Assembly: GCA_963788085.1 (NCBI GenBank)
Contig: CAWBFS010000016.1
Coordinates: 4,639 to 68,638 of the forward strand
Length of the DNA: 64,000 nucleotides
Source: an uncultured Alphaproteobacteria bacterium
GTDB taxonomy: Bacteria > Pseudomonadota > Alphaproteobacteria > ATCC43930 > CGMCC-115725
Direction of reading: 5' to 3'
A model generated the notes under the pieces. It did not search any database. It was not told the origin of the DNA and worked only from the letters and a program-made list of their open reading frames with translations. Each line of letters begins with the position of its first letter. The first letter of the stretch is position 1. This document shows positions 39,920-50,531 of this stretch, piece by piece. The translations under genes were made by a program, and so were the position numbers.

Positions 39920-42493
39920 CTACGCGACCCCTGCGGCGAGAACGTCTCTCACCTTGGCCGCGAGCTCCTTCAAGCTGAACGGCTTGGGCAGAAACTCGAT
40001 ACCTACATCGCTGTCGAGGCGCTGACGGAACGCGTCCTCGGTATATCCCGAAATGAAGATCACTTTAATTTCCGGATTTATCTCCCGCACCTCACGGACG
40101 AGCCCGGGCCCGTCCATATGCGGCATAACCACATCGGTGATTAACAGATTGATCCTCTCTGCGGCGTTGCGAATCAAATCGAGAGCCGCTTCGCCACTTC
40201 TCGCCTCTATTACCTTGTACCCTTTGTTGCGCAGAGCGCGGGCGCCGAAGATCCTGACCGGATCGTCATCCTCGACGAGCATGATGGTACCGTGCCCGGT
40301 CAAATCCTTTGCCGCGGCGACTTCAACCATATCGGGCCGGGCGGGCTGTGCCGCATCCGCCGGCTCGCAGCGCGGCAGGTAAATCTGAAAAACCGCGCCT
40401 TGGCCCGGCGCGCTGCTCGCGAAAACGAAACCCCCTGTTTGCTTGACGATGCCGTAGACCGTCGACAAACCAAGGCCAGTTCCGGAGCCGACTTGCTTGG
40501 TCGAAAAGAAAGGGTCGAAAATGCGAGCCAAGTTCTCCTGGGAGATGCCGACCCCGGTATCCGTCATCTCGATCAGTACATAGTCGCCGGCCGGCATTGA
40601 GTCGTGCCCGCGTCGCAACTGACGCTCCTGGTGAACATTTGCCGTGCGAATTGTGAGCGTGCCGCCGCCGGGCATTGCGTCGCGCGCATTCACCGCAAGA
40701 TTGATGACAACCTGTTCGAACTGCCCTTGGTCGACCTTTACAAGGCCGAGATCGCGCCCGTGCACGACGTTCAGGCCGATGTGTTCGCCGATCAGCCGTT
40801 CGATCAAGTGCCGTAATTCGTAGAGAATGTCGGTAATGTTGAGGACTCGCGGCTGCAGCGTTTGCTGTCGTGAGAAGGCGAGCAGCTGCCGCACGAGATT
40901 GGCGGCGCGGTTCGCATTCTGCTTGATCTGCATGATGTCCGCGAAGGACGGGTCGCTCGGTGGCGAGCGCAGCAGCAGCAGATCGCAAAACCCGATCATC
41001 GCCGTCAACAGGTTATTGAAATCATGGGCGACGCCGCCGGCGAGCTGCCCAATGGCCTGCATCTTTTGCGATTGCGCGAATTGGATTTCGAGATTCTTCT
41101 GCTCGGTGACATCGATGAAATGGAGGGTAAGTCCCTCCCCCGGTTCAACCCCAGCGTCCCCAGTGCCGACATCGGGGCGAAGCGCCCCATCCGCGGGGTC
41201 GTCGAGGCGGCCGAGATACACGACCAGAGTCTTATCGCCAGGCCGCATGGGCCGGACCTCGACCGGCTCGGGATCCGCCGGCCCATCCGCAGCCGCGGCA
41301 AGCTTGGCGGCGATGCGGTCGCGGTCCTTCGCGTCCAACAACTCGATTAGCTGCCGCCCCTTCAGAAGTTGCGGTGTGGCGCCGAACAGCTCACCGACCG
41401 AGCGGTTCGCCTCCTCGAAGCGCCCCGAGGGGTCGAGCAATGCGATGCCCACCGGGGCGTTGGCGAAACAACGCCGAAAGCGTTCGGACGATCTGAGGGC
41501 AGTCTTCCACTCGCGCTCGGGCGTCAAATCGCACACGACTGACCGTGTATTCAGCTCGGCACCCGATCCGACGACGTTCTGCGCGATCCAGGCCGGGACC
41601 ATCCGGCCCTGACGGGTCTTGAGCACGACCTCGCCCCGTTGCGAGCCCGCCCTCTGCGCACGAAACGGATTCCAGGCTGCTGTCCCAGCAGCTGGCGGGC
41701 AGGCCAGAAAATCACGCAACCGAAAGCCATTGGCAGAGAATTCCGAGGGAGTGCTGCCAAGCCATTGCGCCAGTGTCCGGTTTACAAAGCGGAAGCGTCC
41801 CGCATCATCGACCGAATAGAATCCGATCGGCGCATTGTCTAGAAGGTCGGCAAGAATCTTCCGCTCCTCTCGGAGCGCCGCCTCGGATCGATGAGACGCG
41901 CTGACATCCTGAACACTCCAGAAGCTAAATCCCGGATAACCTGCGATCGGGTCCATCCTGACTTTCAAATGGCCGGTCTCAGCGGTCGATGTCTGGCTCA
42001 AGGAGAGGATTGCGGTGGCCGGGACTCCAGCGGCGGCACGGCCGCGGAGCCGGCGAAATTGCGCCTCTGATTCTGCATCCGAGCATAAGGCTTGCCTGAC
42101 ACGATCCAGGGCCAACTCGGCGGGGTCGGGGAAGAGTTCGCAGAAGGCGCGGTTGGCATATTGGATACGACCGTCCGCCGCCACGATCGATTGTGCCTCG
42201 GAGGCCGAGTCGAGCGCCCAACTCAACATCTCGAGGCGAGACGCAAGCGCCATTAGCGCCATGTGGCTAGCAAGAGCCGCGAGCCCGGCAAGGCCGAGCA
42301 TTGTAATTACTGCCGCCTCGGCAGGCCAAGCCGCAATGAGCCGCCCTATCCGGGAAATTTCGAGAATGATCGCGACGGCGATCAGGAGCAAGCTCGCCAC
42401 CGCCAGATAGCGGATCCACGAAGCCGTTGAGCGCTCGCCCATCCAACTCGCCCACCCATCGGCCCGCACCGCTTTGGCGACCATTGGCTGCAT
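39920..42493 (-). CDS. PAS-domain hybrid sensor histidine kinase/response regulator, CckA-like
   Basis: Two N-terminal TM segments, PAS repeats, the H-box GQLAGGVAHDFNNLLTAMIG, HATPase (GTGLGLSTVYGIV) and a C-terminal REC (LLITDVVMPHMDG). The CckA assignment is from architecture and neighbourhood only. The start may be as far upstream as 42589. Confidence 0.8.
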   Translation of the reverse strand: MQPMVAKAVRADGWASWMGERSTASWIRYLAVASLLLIAVAIILEISRIGRLIAAWPAEAAVITMLGLAGLAALASHMALMALASRLEMLSWALDSASEAQSIVAADGRIQYANRAFCELFPDPAELALDRVRQALCSDAESEAQFRRLRGRAAAGVPATAILSLSQTSTAETGHLKVRMDPIAGYPGFSFWSVQDVSASHRSEAALREERKILADLLDNAPIGFYSVDDAGRFRFVNRTLAQWLGSTPSEFSANGFRLRDFLACPPAAGTAAWNPFRAQRAGSQRGEVVLKTRQGRMVPAWIAQNVVGSGAELNTRSVVCDLTPEREWKTALRSSERFRRCFANAPVGIALLDPSGRFEEANRSVGELFGATPQLLKGRQLIELLDAKDRDRIAAKLAAAADGPADPEPVEVRPMRPGDKTLVVYLGRLDDPADGALRPDVGTGDAGVEPGEGLTLHFIDVTEQKNLEIQFAQSQKMQAIGQLAGGVAHDFNNLLTAMIGFCDLLLLRSPPSDPSFADIMQIKQNANRAANLVRQLLAFSRQQTLQPRVLNITDILYELRHLIERLIGEHIGLNVVHGRDLGLVKVDQGQFEQVVINLAVNARDAMPGGGTLTIRTANVHQERQLRRGHDSMPAGDYVLIEMTDTGVGISQENLARIFDPFFSTKQVGSGTGLGLSTVYGIVKQTGGFVFASSAPGQGAVFQIYLPRCEPADAAQPARPDMVEVAAAKDLTGHGTIMLVEDDDPVRIFGARALRNKGYKVIEARSGEAALDLIRNAAERINLLITDVVMPHMDGPGLVREVREINPEIKVIFISGYTEDAFRQRLDSDVGIEFLPKPFSLKELAAKVRDVLAAGVA

Positions 42494-42683
42494 CCGAGTG
42501 ACAGGAGCATCGGAGTGACAGGGATTGTCACGCAATCTGCTGCCGCAAATGGGGAAGCGGGGCGCGATCTCAATCGATTTTGGCCGCAATGCTAGAGAAT
42601 TACTGGGGTGACGCCCCGCATTGGCCAGCGATGCGCAGCGCGGTGTTGAAACTCCCTCGAACCGAACGGCAGAGGTTGGCCCG

Positions 42684-43100
42684 TCAGTCGTCGCGGTGAG
42701 TGCGTTCCATCCGCTCGTGCCGCTCTTGAGCTTCGATGCTGAGGGTGGCGATGGGCCGGGCTTCGAGACGGCGAATGCCGATCGGTTCGTCTGTGTCTTC
42801 GCAATAACCGTAGGTGCCGTCGTCTATCCGATGGAGCGCCGCTTCGATCTTGGAGATCAGTTTGCGCTCGCGCGCCCGGGTGCGCAGCTCGATTGCGCGC
42901 TCAGTTTCGAGCGATGCGCGGTCCGTCAGATCGGGTTTGAGCAAACTCTCTTCCTTTAAGTGCTGCAGCGTATCCGACGACTCGGCCAGCAACTGGGCTC
43001 GCCAGCGCAACAGCTTTTGGCGAAAATATTCGACCTGGAGCGGGTTCATGAATTCTTCAGCATCGGACGGATGGTAACCTGGCGGAAGTGACGGACGCAT
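42684..43100 (-). CDS. dksA: RNA polymerase-binding transcription factor DksA
   Basis: 138 aa: coiled-coil DxxDxA region (DLTDRASLETE) and a C4 zinc finger reduced to GYCEDTDEPIG..RLEARP, the alphaproteobacterial type. Confidence 0.9.
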   Translation of the reverse strand: MRPSLPPGYHPSDAEEFMNPLQVEYFRQKLLRWRAQLLAESSDTLQHLKEESLLKPDLTDRASLETERAIELRTRARERKLISKIEAALHRIDDGTYGYCEDTDEPIGIRRLEARPIATLSIEAQERHERMERTHRDD

Positions 43101-43329
43101 CGGTCTCCCCGAAACTCCGTGAACGAAGCGGCGCAGAGTATATAAATCGGGTCTCTCTCCATCAAGCCGGAGGATCGGATCGAGATTATTGATTTGGCTG
43201 AGGTTTCGGTAATGGCGGCGAACCGGGCCGAGGGTGGCCTGCGCCCACGGCGGGGACCGCCGACCCCGGATTTGGCTTCGAGGCTGCGGCTCCGGCCGGC
43301 GAAAATCGAGCGCGCCGCCAAGTTTCCAC

Positions 43330-43344
43330 TTAGGGCTTCTTTAA
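43330..43344 (+). promoter_or_regulatory. Near-consensus CtrA box upstream of the SciP-like gene
   Basis: TTAG-N7-TTAA, one mismatch from TTAA-N7-TTAA, 25 nt upstream of the first ATG of the DUF1153 ORF. Confidence 0.35.
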
Positions 43345-43368
43345 GGTCTCCCGCTCTACTCTACCGCC

Positions 43369-43680
43369 ATGGACCACAATGTTGAGATGTATGAGGTGCT
43401 TCAAGATGAAACTTTGGCGCGCACCGGCGCCATCGCAATGGATTTGCCGCCTCCCAACACGAAGCGCTGGGTCGCCCGGCGCAAGGCGGTGGTGGTCAAC
43501 GCGGTGCGCAGCGGCGCCATCAGTCTGGAGGAAGTTTGCCGCCGCTATGAGCTTTCCGTGGAAGAATTTCTCGCTTGGCAGCGCGCGATCGATACCCACG
43601 GGGTTGCCGGTCTGCGGGTGACCCGGCTGCAGATCTATCGCGATACCCCTCCCGCTCGGCTGGCCAAACCCCGTTTTTGA
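43369..43680 (+). CDS. DUF1153-domain HTH protein, SciP-like (CtrA inhibitor family)
   Basis: LPPPNTKRWVARRKAVVVNAVRSGAISLEEVCRRYELSVEEFLAWQRAIDTHGVAGLRVTRLQ closely matches my recollection of Caulobacter SciP. Start choice is uncertain. Confidence 0.7.
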   Translation: MDHNVEMYEVLQDETLARTGAIAMDLPPPNTKRWVARRKAVVVNAVRSGAISLEEVCRRYELSVEEFLAWQRAIDTHGVAGLRVTRLQIYRDTPPARLAKPRF

Positions 43681-44258
43681 GCTTTTCTCTGTGCCGCCCA
43701 TCTCTGTGCCGCCTGCGGTGAGCAGTCGCGCATGCGGTACCGATCGCCGCACGCGGTCGATCCCTCCAGCAGTTGCACCCATCGTACTCCTTTTACAGTC
43801 GAACAATGTATCACTCCAAGGGGCTGAGCCCTCGCTCGGCTGTATCGGCCAAGGCGACGGCATTTCTCATGTTGTTACAAAGCATTGTTAAGGCTTTCTA
43901 ATTTTAGCTTTTTTGATTATATGTGGAGCTGAGGCACGTCTGGACGCGACGACACCGAGCCCATGGCGCAACCTGATGCAACGGGATCGCTCCCCATGTA
44001 GCCGCGCAGCAAATTCACGCTCGCCGCTTTGAGAGGACGAGTTCCTGGCCGAGCTGCTTTCGCCAATTTAAACAGGGCGGGATAAATGGCAAAGAATATT
44101 GATTAATTTTAATTCAATTGGTTACCAAGTGATAACAATAGGCTTGACCCGGCCGCGAGTCCCGCCGCATTTGAACCGGTGGTTTAAGTAGACCGGGATC
44201 GCGCTTCAGATCGCAAGCTCGGTTCGGCAACCGCAATGCCTCGGCTAGAGGGATTCGA

Positions 44259-46374
44259 TTGCCTTTAAATAATGCTCGATCTTTACGGTTTGTCGAGGCC
44301 AGTGGACCGGACCTGAAATTCCTGGAAACTGCGGTCGCGCGGTTCAACTCGAGACATCCTTATCTATTGTTCGGTGAGCACGCTATCTCCTGGATTCGCG
44401 CACGTGCAAACAGCAATTCAAAGCTTATAACGCGGCTGAAGGCTCATTGCGCCAGACAGGCTCCAGCGTCGGCCGAACAAGAGTTGCGCGCCAGGATCAA
44501 GCGCCAGGGCCGCTGCCTGATACATACGGCTTTTTTGGCGTTAATCAGCGATGGCGAGACTAAAGCCGATGCGCTGTACGCCACGCGCACGGCATTGGCG
44601 CAGCTGAGTGCCGAGCCGAGCTGGAAAGCTCGGCCGGTCATCAAGTCCTTTCTGGATTGCGCTGAGATCGCTGTCGCCGTTTCTCTCGCCTATGATTGGC
44701 TCCACGATGAGTTTTCGGACCAGGAGCGGGGGATTTTCGAGGATTCGCTTTTCCGCCACGTCCTCGCGCCGGCGCTTGCCGCATACGACGATCGCTTCGC
44801 GCAATGGCCGAGGCGAAGAGACAATTGCACGCTGGTGTCGAATTCGGGCATCCTGGTTTCGGCACTCGCAGTTCTCGATCGGTATCCGGATATTTCACGA
44901 CAGCTGATCCAGAAGAGCCTCGTCTCGGCCTGGAACGCCTTCGACGGGTTGGCGCCGGACGGCGCTTGGCCGGAAGGGCCGAGCTATTGGTCGCTCGCCA
45001 TGCGTTATGCCGGTCTGATGGTTGCGGCACTCGAGAGCACGCTGCGTTGCAGCTTTGGCCTCGCGGATCGACCGGGGTTCGCGCAAACCGGAGACTTTGC
45101 CTTGCATGCCGTCGGGCCGTCCGGCGCCGCGTTCAATTTCGGGGATTCCGAACCTCGGTTCGATATGGCACCGCTCGCCTGGTTTGCGCATCGGTTTAGG
45201 CGGCCGATCGATGCTTGGCTCGTGGACCAGTATGACGGCTGGTATCTTCCGTTCACCGTAATATGGCCCGACCGATCGAAGCCCAAGCCATCGGGGATCA
45301 AGGTGCCCACGGGAAAGGTATTTCACAGCAACAATCTCGCATGCTTTCGCAACACTTGGTCGAGCGACCCCGCGGCGCACCCGGTTTTTCTGGCCATCAA
45401 AGGTGGAAATGTCTCTTGGCCCGGCGCCCGATCGCCGCCGCTATCCCGAAGACGTCTTCTTGCACAACCAGGCGGATGCCGGAAGTTTCATCCTCGATGG
45501 CGCGCGACAACGGTGGATCATCGATCTCGGGGCGGACGATTACGATCTGCCCGGTTATTTTGATCACGGCGCGGATAATCGATCCGGATCGCGTTGGCGT
45601 TATTACCGTACGCATACTGCCGGCCACAACACCTTGGTCATCGATGGGAGCAACCAAATACCCGACGCGCGCGCGCCGATCGTCGGCAATTGCGTCGACG
45701 GGGACTGCAAATGGGCAGTTTTCGATTTATCGGCGGCTTATGGAAAACCGACGGGCTCCATTTGGCGTGGAGCGGCTCTGATAGGCCGGCAGGTGGTCAT
45801 TCAGGACGAGGTTCGCACCGAATTATCCGCCAAAATCATATGGGCCGTGCATACCAGCGCAGAGCCGATTTCGGTGGCCGGTTCCGTTGCTCGGTTCCGC
45901 TCGGGTGACGATCGGTGCGTGTTGCGCATCCTCGAGCCGGCGACGGCATGCTTCGAGATCGGCTTCCCGCCGGAGCCGCAAGTCTTTCCCATTGCCGATG
46001 TTCTACAGCTGCACGGTCGGCCGCTGCCTGATGGCAATGCTGCCCAGGTGGCGGAGTTGCCCCGCCGCGTCGATGATGAAGACAGGCGCGCCGCGGGTGC
46101 CTTGATCAGGCGATTACAGATCGTCTGGCCGAAGGGGACGCGCCGGTTGAGCGTCGCATTGTTGCCTGATTGCGATGACGACGATTTGGTCCTGCCAGTC
46201 ACTCCGCTCGACGATTGGCTCGCCAGGCGACCTGTGCGACTGGCGTCCTATTCGCGGCGCGCTTCCCCGATCAGCGCCGCCCGGCATGCCGCGAGGGGCG
46301 CTTCGACCGGTTTAGCGCCACTCCACGGGCGCCTCGTTCGCAAGCCCGCTCCCGAGAGAGCAGCTCTTCGGTGA
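44259..46374 (+). pseudogene. Heparinase II/III-family polysaccharide lyase-like protein, one frameshift
   Basis: The N-terminal (alpha/alpha) toroid part (DGAWPEGPSYWSLAMRY) and the C-terminal part (HNQADAGSFILDG...YYRTHTAGHNTLVIDG) are in different frames, joining near 45405-45430. TTG start, low-GC 5' end. The 3' limit is taken from the ORF track. Confidence 0.7.
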
Positions 46375-46405
46375 TCGAACCGAGCGCCGGGTCGGTTGGA
46401 TCGCA

Positions 46406-47600
46406 ATGTGCAGCGCAACTCATTCTATTCCGCTTCCGGCGCCCGCCGGATGGAACCCGCGAACGGCAATCGCGGTTCGGTTTCCGGAAATGGTCGAGCT
46501 CGCCCGGTCAGCAGATCACGAGATCCGAAGCGCGGAGACTGTGCTGGATCGGCGTGAGGCCGGCGGGGGCGATACTTCCTGCCCGCGGCAAATCCTGCGG
46601 GAGCTGCGCTGGCGGCTCGAATACACCGCCGATCCGAGCGGCATCCGCGCCACGCTCGCGCGCCTGCGCACCCGGGCCGCGTTGTCGTTGTCGCCCGCCG
46701 CGATCTCACAGGAGGCCGACGGAGCTCATGGCGCCTGCACCGATGTATGGTTTTTGAAACTCGACGCCTGCGTCGATGACATGCTCGCTGCCGATTTCGA
46801 CGAACAAGTCAGGCCGCCGCGTTTTCTCGATCGCATCAACGACCCCGGCCGGCTGAAGGATTACCTCGAAAGTCTGCTCGTCTCGCGGCTGGACGAGGAC
46901 GGGATCGACCGCCGCAAAGAGCTCAACTTCGCGACCGCCGACCTCGTTCGGCTGATCTTATGGCGGCGTCCGCGGAATTACCCCTGGGATGCGCGGCTCG
47001 AAACCGTCATCCGCCGCTTCATCATCGAGTGGCAGGACCCGAGCACTGGGTTCTTTGGCGCCGATTATCTGGTCGGCGGACGGCGGCTGCGGACAGCCGA
47101 CCTCAGCCTTACCTTTCACATGGCTCGCTATCTCGAGGGCGCGATCGGATACTGGCCGCAGCTCATCGACACCCTGTTCGCGATTCGTGACCACCGGTAT
47201 CCCAATGGCTGGCTCGACGAGATCGGATTGTCGAACCACAACAATTACGATGTCGCGGTCCTGTTGCAGCTCGGCTGGCCGCATATGCGCGCTGACCAGC
47301 GCCGCCGAGCCGCAGAGGAGCTTGCCGGGCTGCTCGATTGGTGCCTGACCACGGCAATTTCCCCGGACGGCGAGATTTTGGCGCGCGCGGTCGGCAAGTC
47401 GCTTCCCGAAAGCTACTACTTCACGATCGCATTTCTCGACACCGTCGGCTATTTCGATCGCCGCAAAGCGGTTCTGGACCGAGCTCGATTTTCCGGAAGC
47501 GCCGGCGGTCCGGGAGCGGTTGAGGACCGTCTTGTTAATGCTGCCGAAAGGCGATCCAATGGCCCGCATGGCATTTGAACGCCTGCGCCGCGCCGACTGA
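46406..47600 (+). pseudogene. Conserved-looking hypothetical protein, C-terminal frameshift
   Basis: The 390-aa ORF loses sense after ...GYFDRRKA. Shifting one base at about 47470 gives [42 protein letters not shown], ending in TGA at 47598-47600, which overlaps the thyX ATG. Confidence 0.55.
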
Positions 47601-48541
47601 TGAGGCGGTTGACGGCAGAGCAACAGCAAGAAATCGCTGCGCAGCAGGGCGCAGCGCACGAGACGCGCCGTGCCACGGTGCCGGCGCTCGAAGCGATCCT
47701 TTACGAGCCGCTGCCCGTTCTCGATCACGGGTTTGTCCGCGTCATCGATTACATGGGCGACGATGCGGCGATCGTGCAGGCGGCCCGCGTCTCCTACGGC
47801 CGCGGCACCCGCAGGGTCAGTGAGGACCAGGGGCTCATCAATTATCTGATGCGGCATCGCCATACGACGCCGTTCGAGATGTGCGAGATCAAATACCACG
47901 TAAAGCTGCCGATTTTTGTGGCGCGGCAGTGGATTCGGCATCGCACGGCGAATGTGAACGAATACTCGGCGCGTTACTCGATCCTCGACAAGGAGTTCTA
48001 TATCCCGCCCCCCGAGCACTTGGCGCTTCAGGCGACGACAAACCGCCAGGGCCGCGGCGCGGTGCTCGAAGGGGAAGCGGCGCAGCGCGTCCTCGACCTC
48101 TTGCGCCGAGATGCGGAGCACGCCTATGCGGGCTATGCCGAATTGCTCAACGAAGGCGCATCGGGCTCGCCGATCGATCCCGAGCGGTCAGGTCTCGCCC
48201 GCGAGCTCGCCCGCATAAACCTTTCACTCGGCTTCTACACCCAGTGGTATTGGAAGACCGACCTGCACAATCTGATGCATTTCTTGTCGTTGCGCGCCGA
48301 TCCCCACGCCCAATACGAGATCCGCGCCTATGCCGAAGTCATGCTGGAGACGCTTGCGCGCTGGGTCCCGATGGCCCACGCCGCCTTTCTCGAATACCGG
48401 ATGAATGCGGCAACGATTTCGGCGACCGGTGTCGCCGTCATTCGCCGGATGATCGAAGGCGAGCAGGTGGACCAGACATCGAGCGGCCTTTCGGCGCGGG
48501 AATGGCGCGAGCTGATGGCAGTGCTGGGCCGCACCCGTTAA
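47600..48541 (+). CDS. thyX: FAD-dependent thymidylate synthase ThyX
   Basis: [15 protein letters not shown] (the ThyX RHR...S motif) and full-length collinearity over 313 aa. Confidence 0.92.
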   Translation: MRRLTAEQQQEIAAQQGAAHETRRATVPALEAILYEPLPVLDHGFVRVIDYMGDDAAIVQAARVSYGRGTRRVSEDQGLINYLMRHRHTTPFEMCEIKYHVKLPIFVARQWIRHRTANVNEYSARYSILDKEFYIPPPEHLALQATTNRQGRGAVLEGEAAQRVLDLLRRDAEHAYAGYAELLNEGASGSPIDPERSGLARELARINLSLGFYTQWYWKTDLHNLMHFLSLRADPHAQYEIRAYAEVMLETLARWVPMAHAAFLEYRMNAATISATGVAVIRRMIEGEQVDQTSSGLSAREWRELMAVLGRTR

Positions 48542-48653
48542 CGGGGTGCGACCCGTCGCGTTGCCTCCCCCTTCCGCCGCTTGCTTTCGGGGAGAGCGAA
48601 AACGGGGCAGCGGAAGGGATACCTATGCGATGACGATCCGGGACGACGACGAT

Positions 48654-48677
48654 CCCCTCCCCGCTGGCGGGAGAGGG
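48654..48677. repeat. GC-rich REP-like imperfect hairpin
   Basis: CCCCTCCCCGC-TG-GCGGGAGAGGG downstream of thyX, same style as 2127-2151. A second weak hairpin (CCTTCCGC...GCGGAAGG) lies at about 48570-48620. Confidence 0.35.
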
Positions 48678-48722
48678 CTAGGGCGGGCATCGCCACCGAG
48701 ACTGGGCGATGACCCAGCGGGG

Positions 48723-49211
48723 TCAGGCGCGATGGTGCCGATGGTGGTGGGCCCCGATCAGCTGATTGGCCATTTGCTGCTGTTCCGGCGACAAGCTGGC
48801 GTATAGCGGCTTGAATGCAGTCAGAAGACGGGCGTCGTTGTCGGCCCGCATTTTCGCAAATTGCTCGCGCAACTCGAGGCGCTGTACTGCGTCCATGCCA
48901 CTGCGGTTCTGTCGCGCGGTGCCAATGCTCTGATCGAGATTCTTAGCGTTTTCGCGCATTGCCGCCTCGACCTGCTGCCATTGCGTCTCCTGCGCCGGCG
49001 TGATCTTGAGCTCGGCCTTTAAGAACGCGATGCGTCCATCGACGAATTGTCCGGGCATCATCCGGCCCATCTCGTGATGGCGCGCCTCGCTTGGCGCCGC
49101 AGTGGAATTCGCCGGCCCCGGCGGGGTTTGCGCCAAGGCGGGAGTCAGTCCGACCCCAGCAACGCCGGTAAAGAGTGCCGCAGCGAGTAACGGCGTACGC
49201 AACCTGATCAT
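48723..49211 (-). CDS. Spy/CpxP-family periplasmic protein (LTxxQ motif) with His-rich tail
   Basis: Signal peptide ending ALAQ, ITPAQETQW and LSPEQQQ motifs, C-terminal HHHRHHRA. Confidence 0.7.
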   Translation of the reverse strand: MIRLRTPLLAAALFTGVAGVGLTPALAQTPPGPANSTAAPSEARHHEMGRMMPGQFVDGRIAFLKAELKITPAQETQWQQVEAAMRENAKNLDQSIGTARQNRSGMDAVQRLELREQFAKMRADNDARLLTAFKPLYASLSPEQQQMANQLIGAHHHRHHRA

Positions 49212-49328
49212 TTCCGACCTCTGTTATGAACGGGGCTCGTGCCCCTCATCCATGACTTACGGACCAGCGGATCGGCGCATACCCGGCAAAATCGCACATT
49301 ACAGCGATTTAATAAGGCCGCCGGCGGT

Positions 49329-50522
49329 TTACACCACCGTGACCGGGTAGCCCACAATAGCGCTGAAGTTCTTGCGCATGTTGTTGTACCGCGGTTCCAG
49401 TGACTGCACGCGGCCTACCTCGTCGGTGGCCCGGGACATCAGACTGTACGTGCCCCTCCGGCGGGCATCCCAGCGATAGGACCAGCGCACCCACATAAAC
49501 CGGTCGCGCGGCTGTTCGATATGGGCGCAGTGCCAAGTTTCTCCGCCGTCGACGCTCACCTCCACCTGGTCGATGGCGCCGGCGCCGCTCCACGCGTAGC
49601 CCCGGATCATGTGGATGCCGGCGGACATCGTCTCGGTATCGTCGTTCGGTTGGGTAATAATGGATTTCACGCCTATGGTAGTGATCAGCTCCTTGTTGGG
49701 GTCGTCAGCCGAGTTGCCGTAGTAGTAGAACTGGTAGTGGTACCAGCAGTTCGGCTCCGGTTCCATGATCTCGATCTTGGTGAGCCACTTCACCGACCAG
49801 TTTCCCGACCAGCCCGGCACCAGCAGACGTACGGGGGCGCCGTGGAGGTGCTCCAACAACTGGCCATTCTGCGCCCAGGCCAGAATGGTGTCGGGGTGGA
49901 GCGCCTTTTCGATGGGCAAACCCTTGTCGTAATAGAAGGGTTTGGTGCCCTCGGCGGCCGTGGGCGGCACACCGAGATCGTTGCCCTCGGCCCGCACGTA
50001 GAGCGACTTGGCGGTCAGGCCAGCCTCGTGCAGCACGGCCGCCAGTGGCGCGCCGGTCCACTCACTGGCGCTCAGGATCATTCCTTCTTGGGTGCGAGAG
50101 GGTCGCGGGCCTTCGCCCTTGAGATACTCGAAGAAGGTGGCGTCGCTGCCGGAACACTCCATGACGGTGCGGACGCTGCGCCCAGGGAAGCGCCGCAACT
50201 GATCGAAATTGAGGGTCAGAGGAGACTTGACCTCACCGACGATCTTCAGCTCCCACCTGTCGGTCTCCACAACCGGCGGCACTGCGAAATGCTGGACGGT
50301 ATAGTGCAGGTTGGTCGGCGTGATGAGCCCCTCCAGGTCCATTACCGGCGTCCTGATCCGCACCGTGCGGCCCTCGTCGTCCGTCAGAACGACCGGGTTT
50401 ACGTCTTTGGTAGGCCAACCGTGCCAGCTGCCGGTCTTCTTCGCGTTGGCCGGGTCCGAACTGACCGGTTGATCCATGCGCAGAAAACCGGGGACTGCGC
50501 CTTCCTCTTTCACCGCAGCCAT
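49329..50522 (-). CDS. Sulfite-oxidase-family molybdopterin oxidoreductase (no signal peptide seen)
   Basis: VMECSGS (Mo-ligand Cys context), a WTGAPL motif and a C-terminal Ig-like dimerisation domain (AWSGAGAIDQVEVSVDGGETW). Confidence 0.75.
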   Translation of the reverse strand: MAAVKEEGAVPGFLRMDQPVSSDPANAKKTGSWHGWPTKDVNPVVLTDDEGRTVRIRTPVMDLEGLITPTNLHYTVQHFAVPPVVETDRWELKIVGEVKSPLTLNFDQLRRFPGRSVRTVMECSGSDATFFEYLKGEGPRPSRTQEGMILSASEWTGAPLAAVLHEAGLTAKSLYVRAEGNDLGVPPTAAEGTKPFYYDKGLPIEKALHPDTILAWAQNGQLLEHLHGAPVRLLVPGWSGNWSVKWLTKIEIMEPEPNCWYHYQFYYYGNSADDPNKELITTIGVKSIITQPNDDTETMSAGIHMIRGYAWSGAGAIDQVEVSVDGGETWHCAHIEQPRDRFMWVRWSYRWDARRRGTYSLMSRATDEVGRVQSLEPRYNNMRKNFSAIVGYPVTVV

Positions 50523-50531
50523 GCTCCCTCC

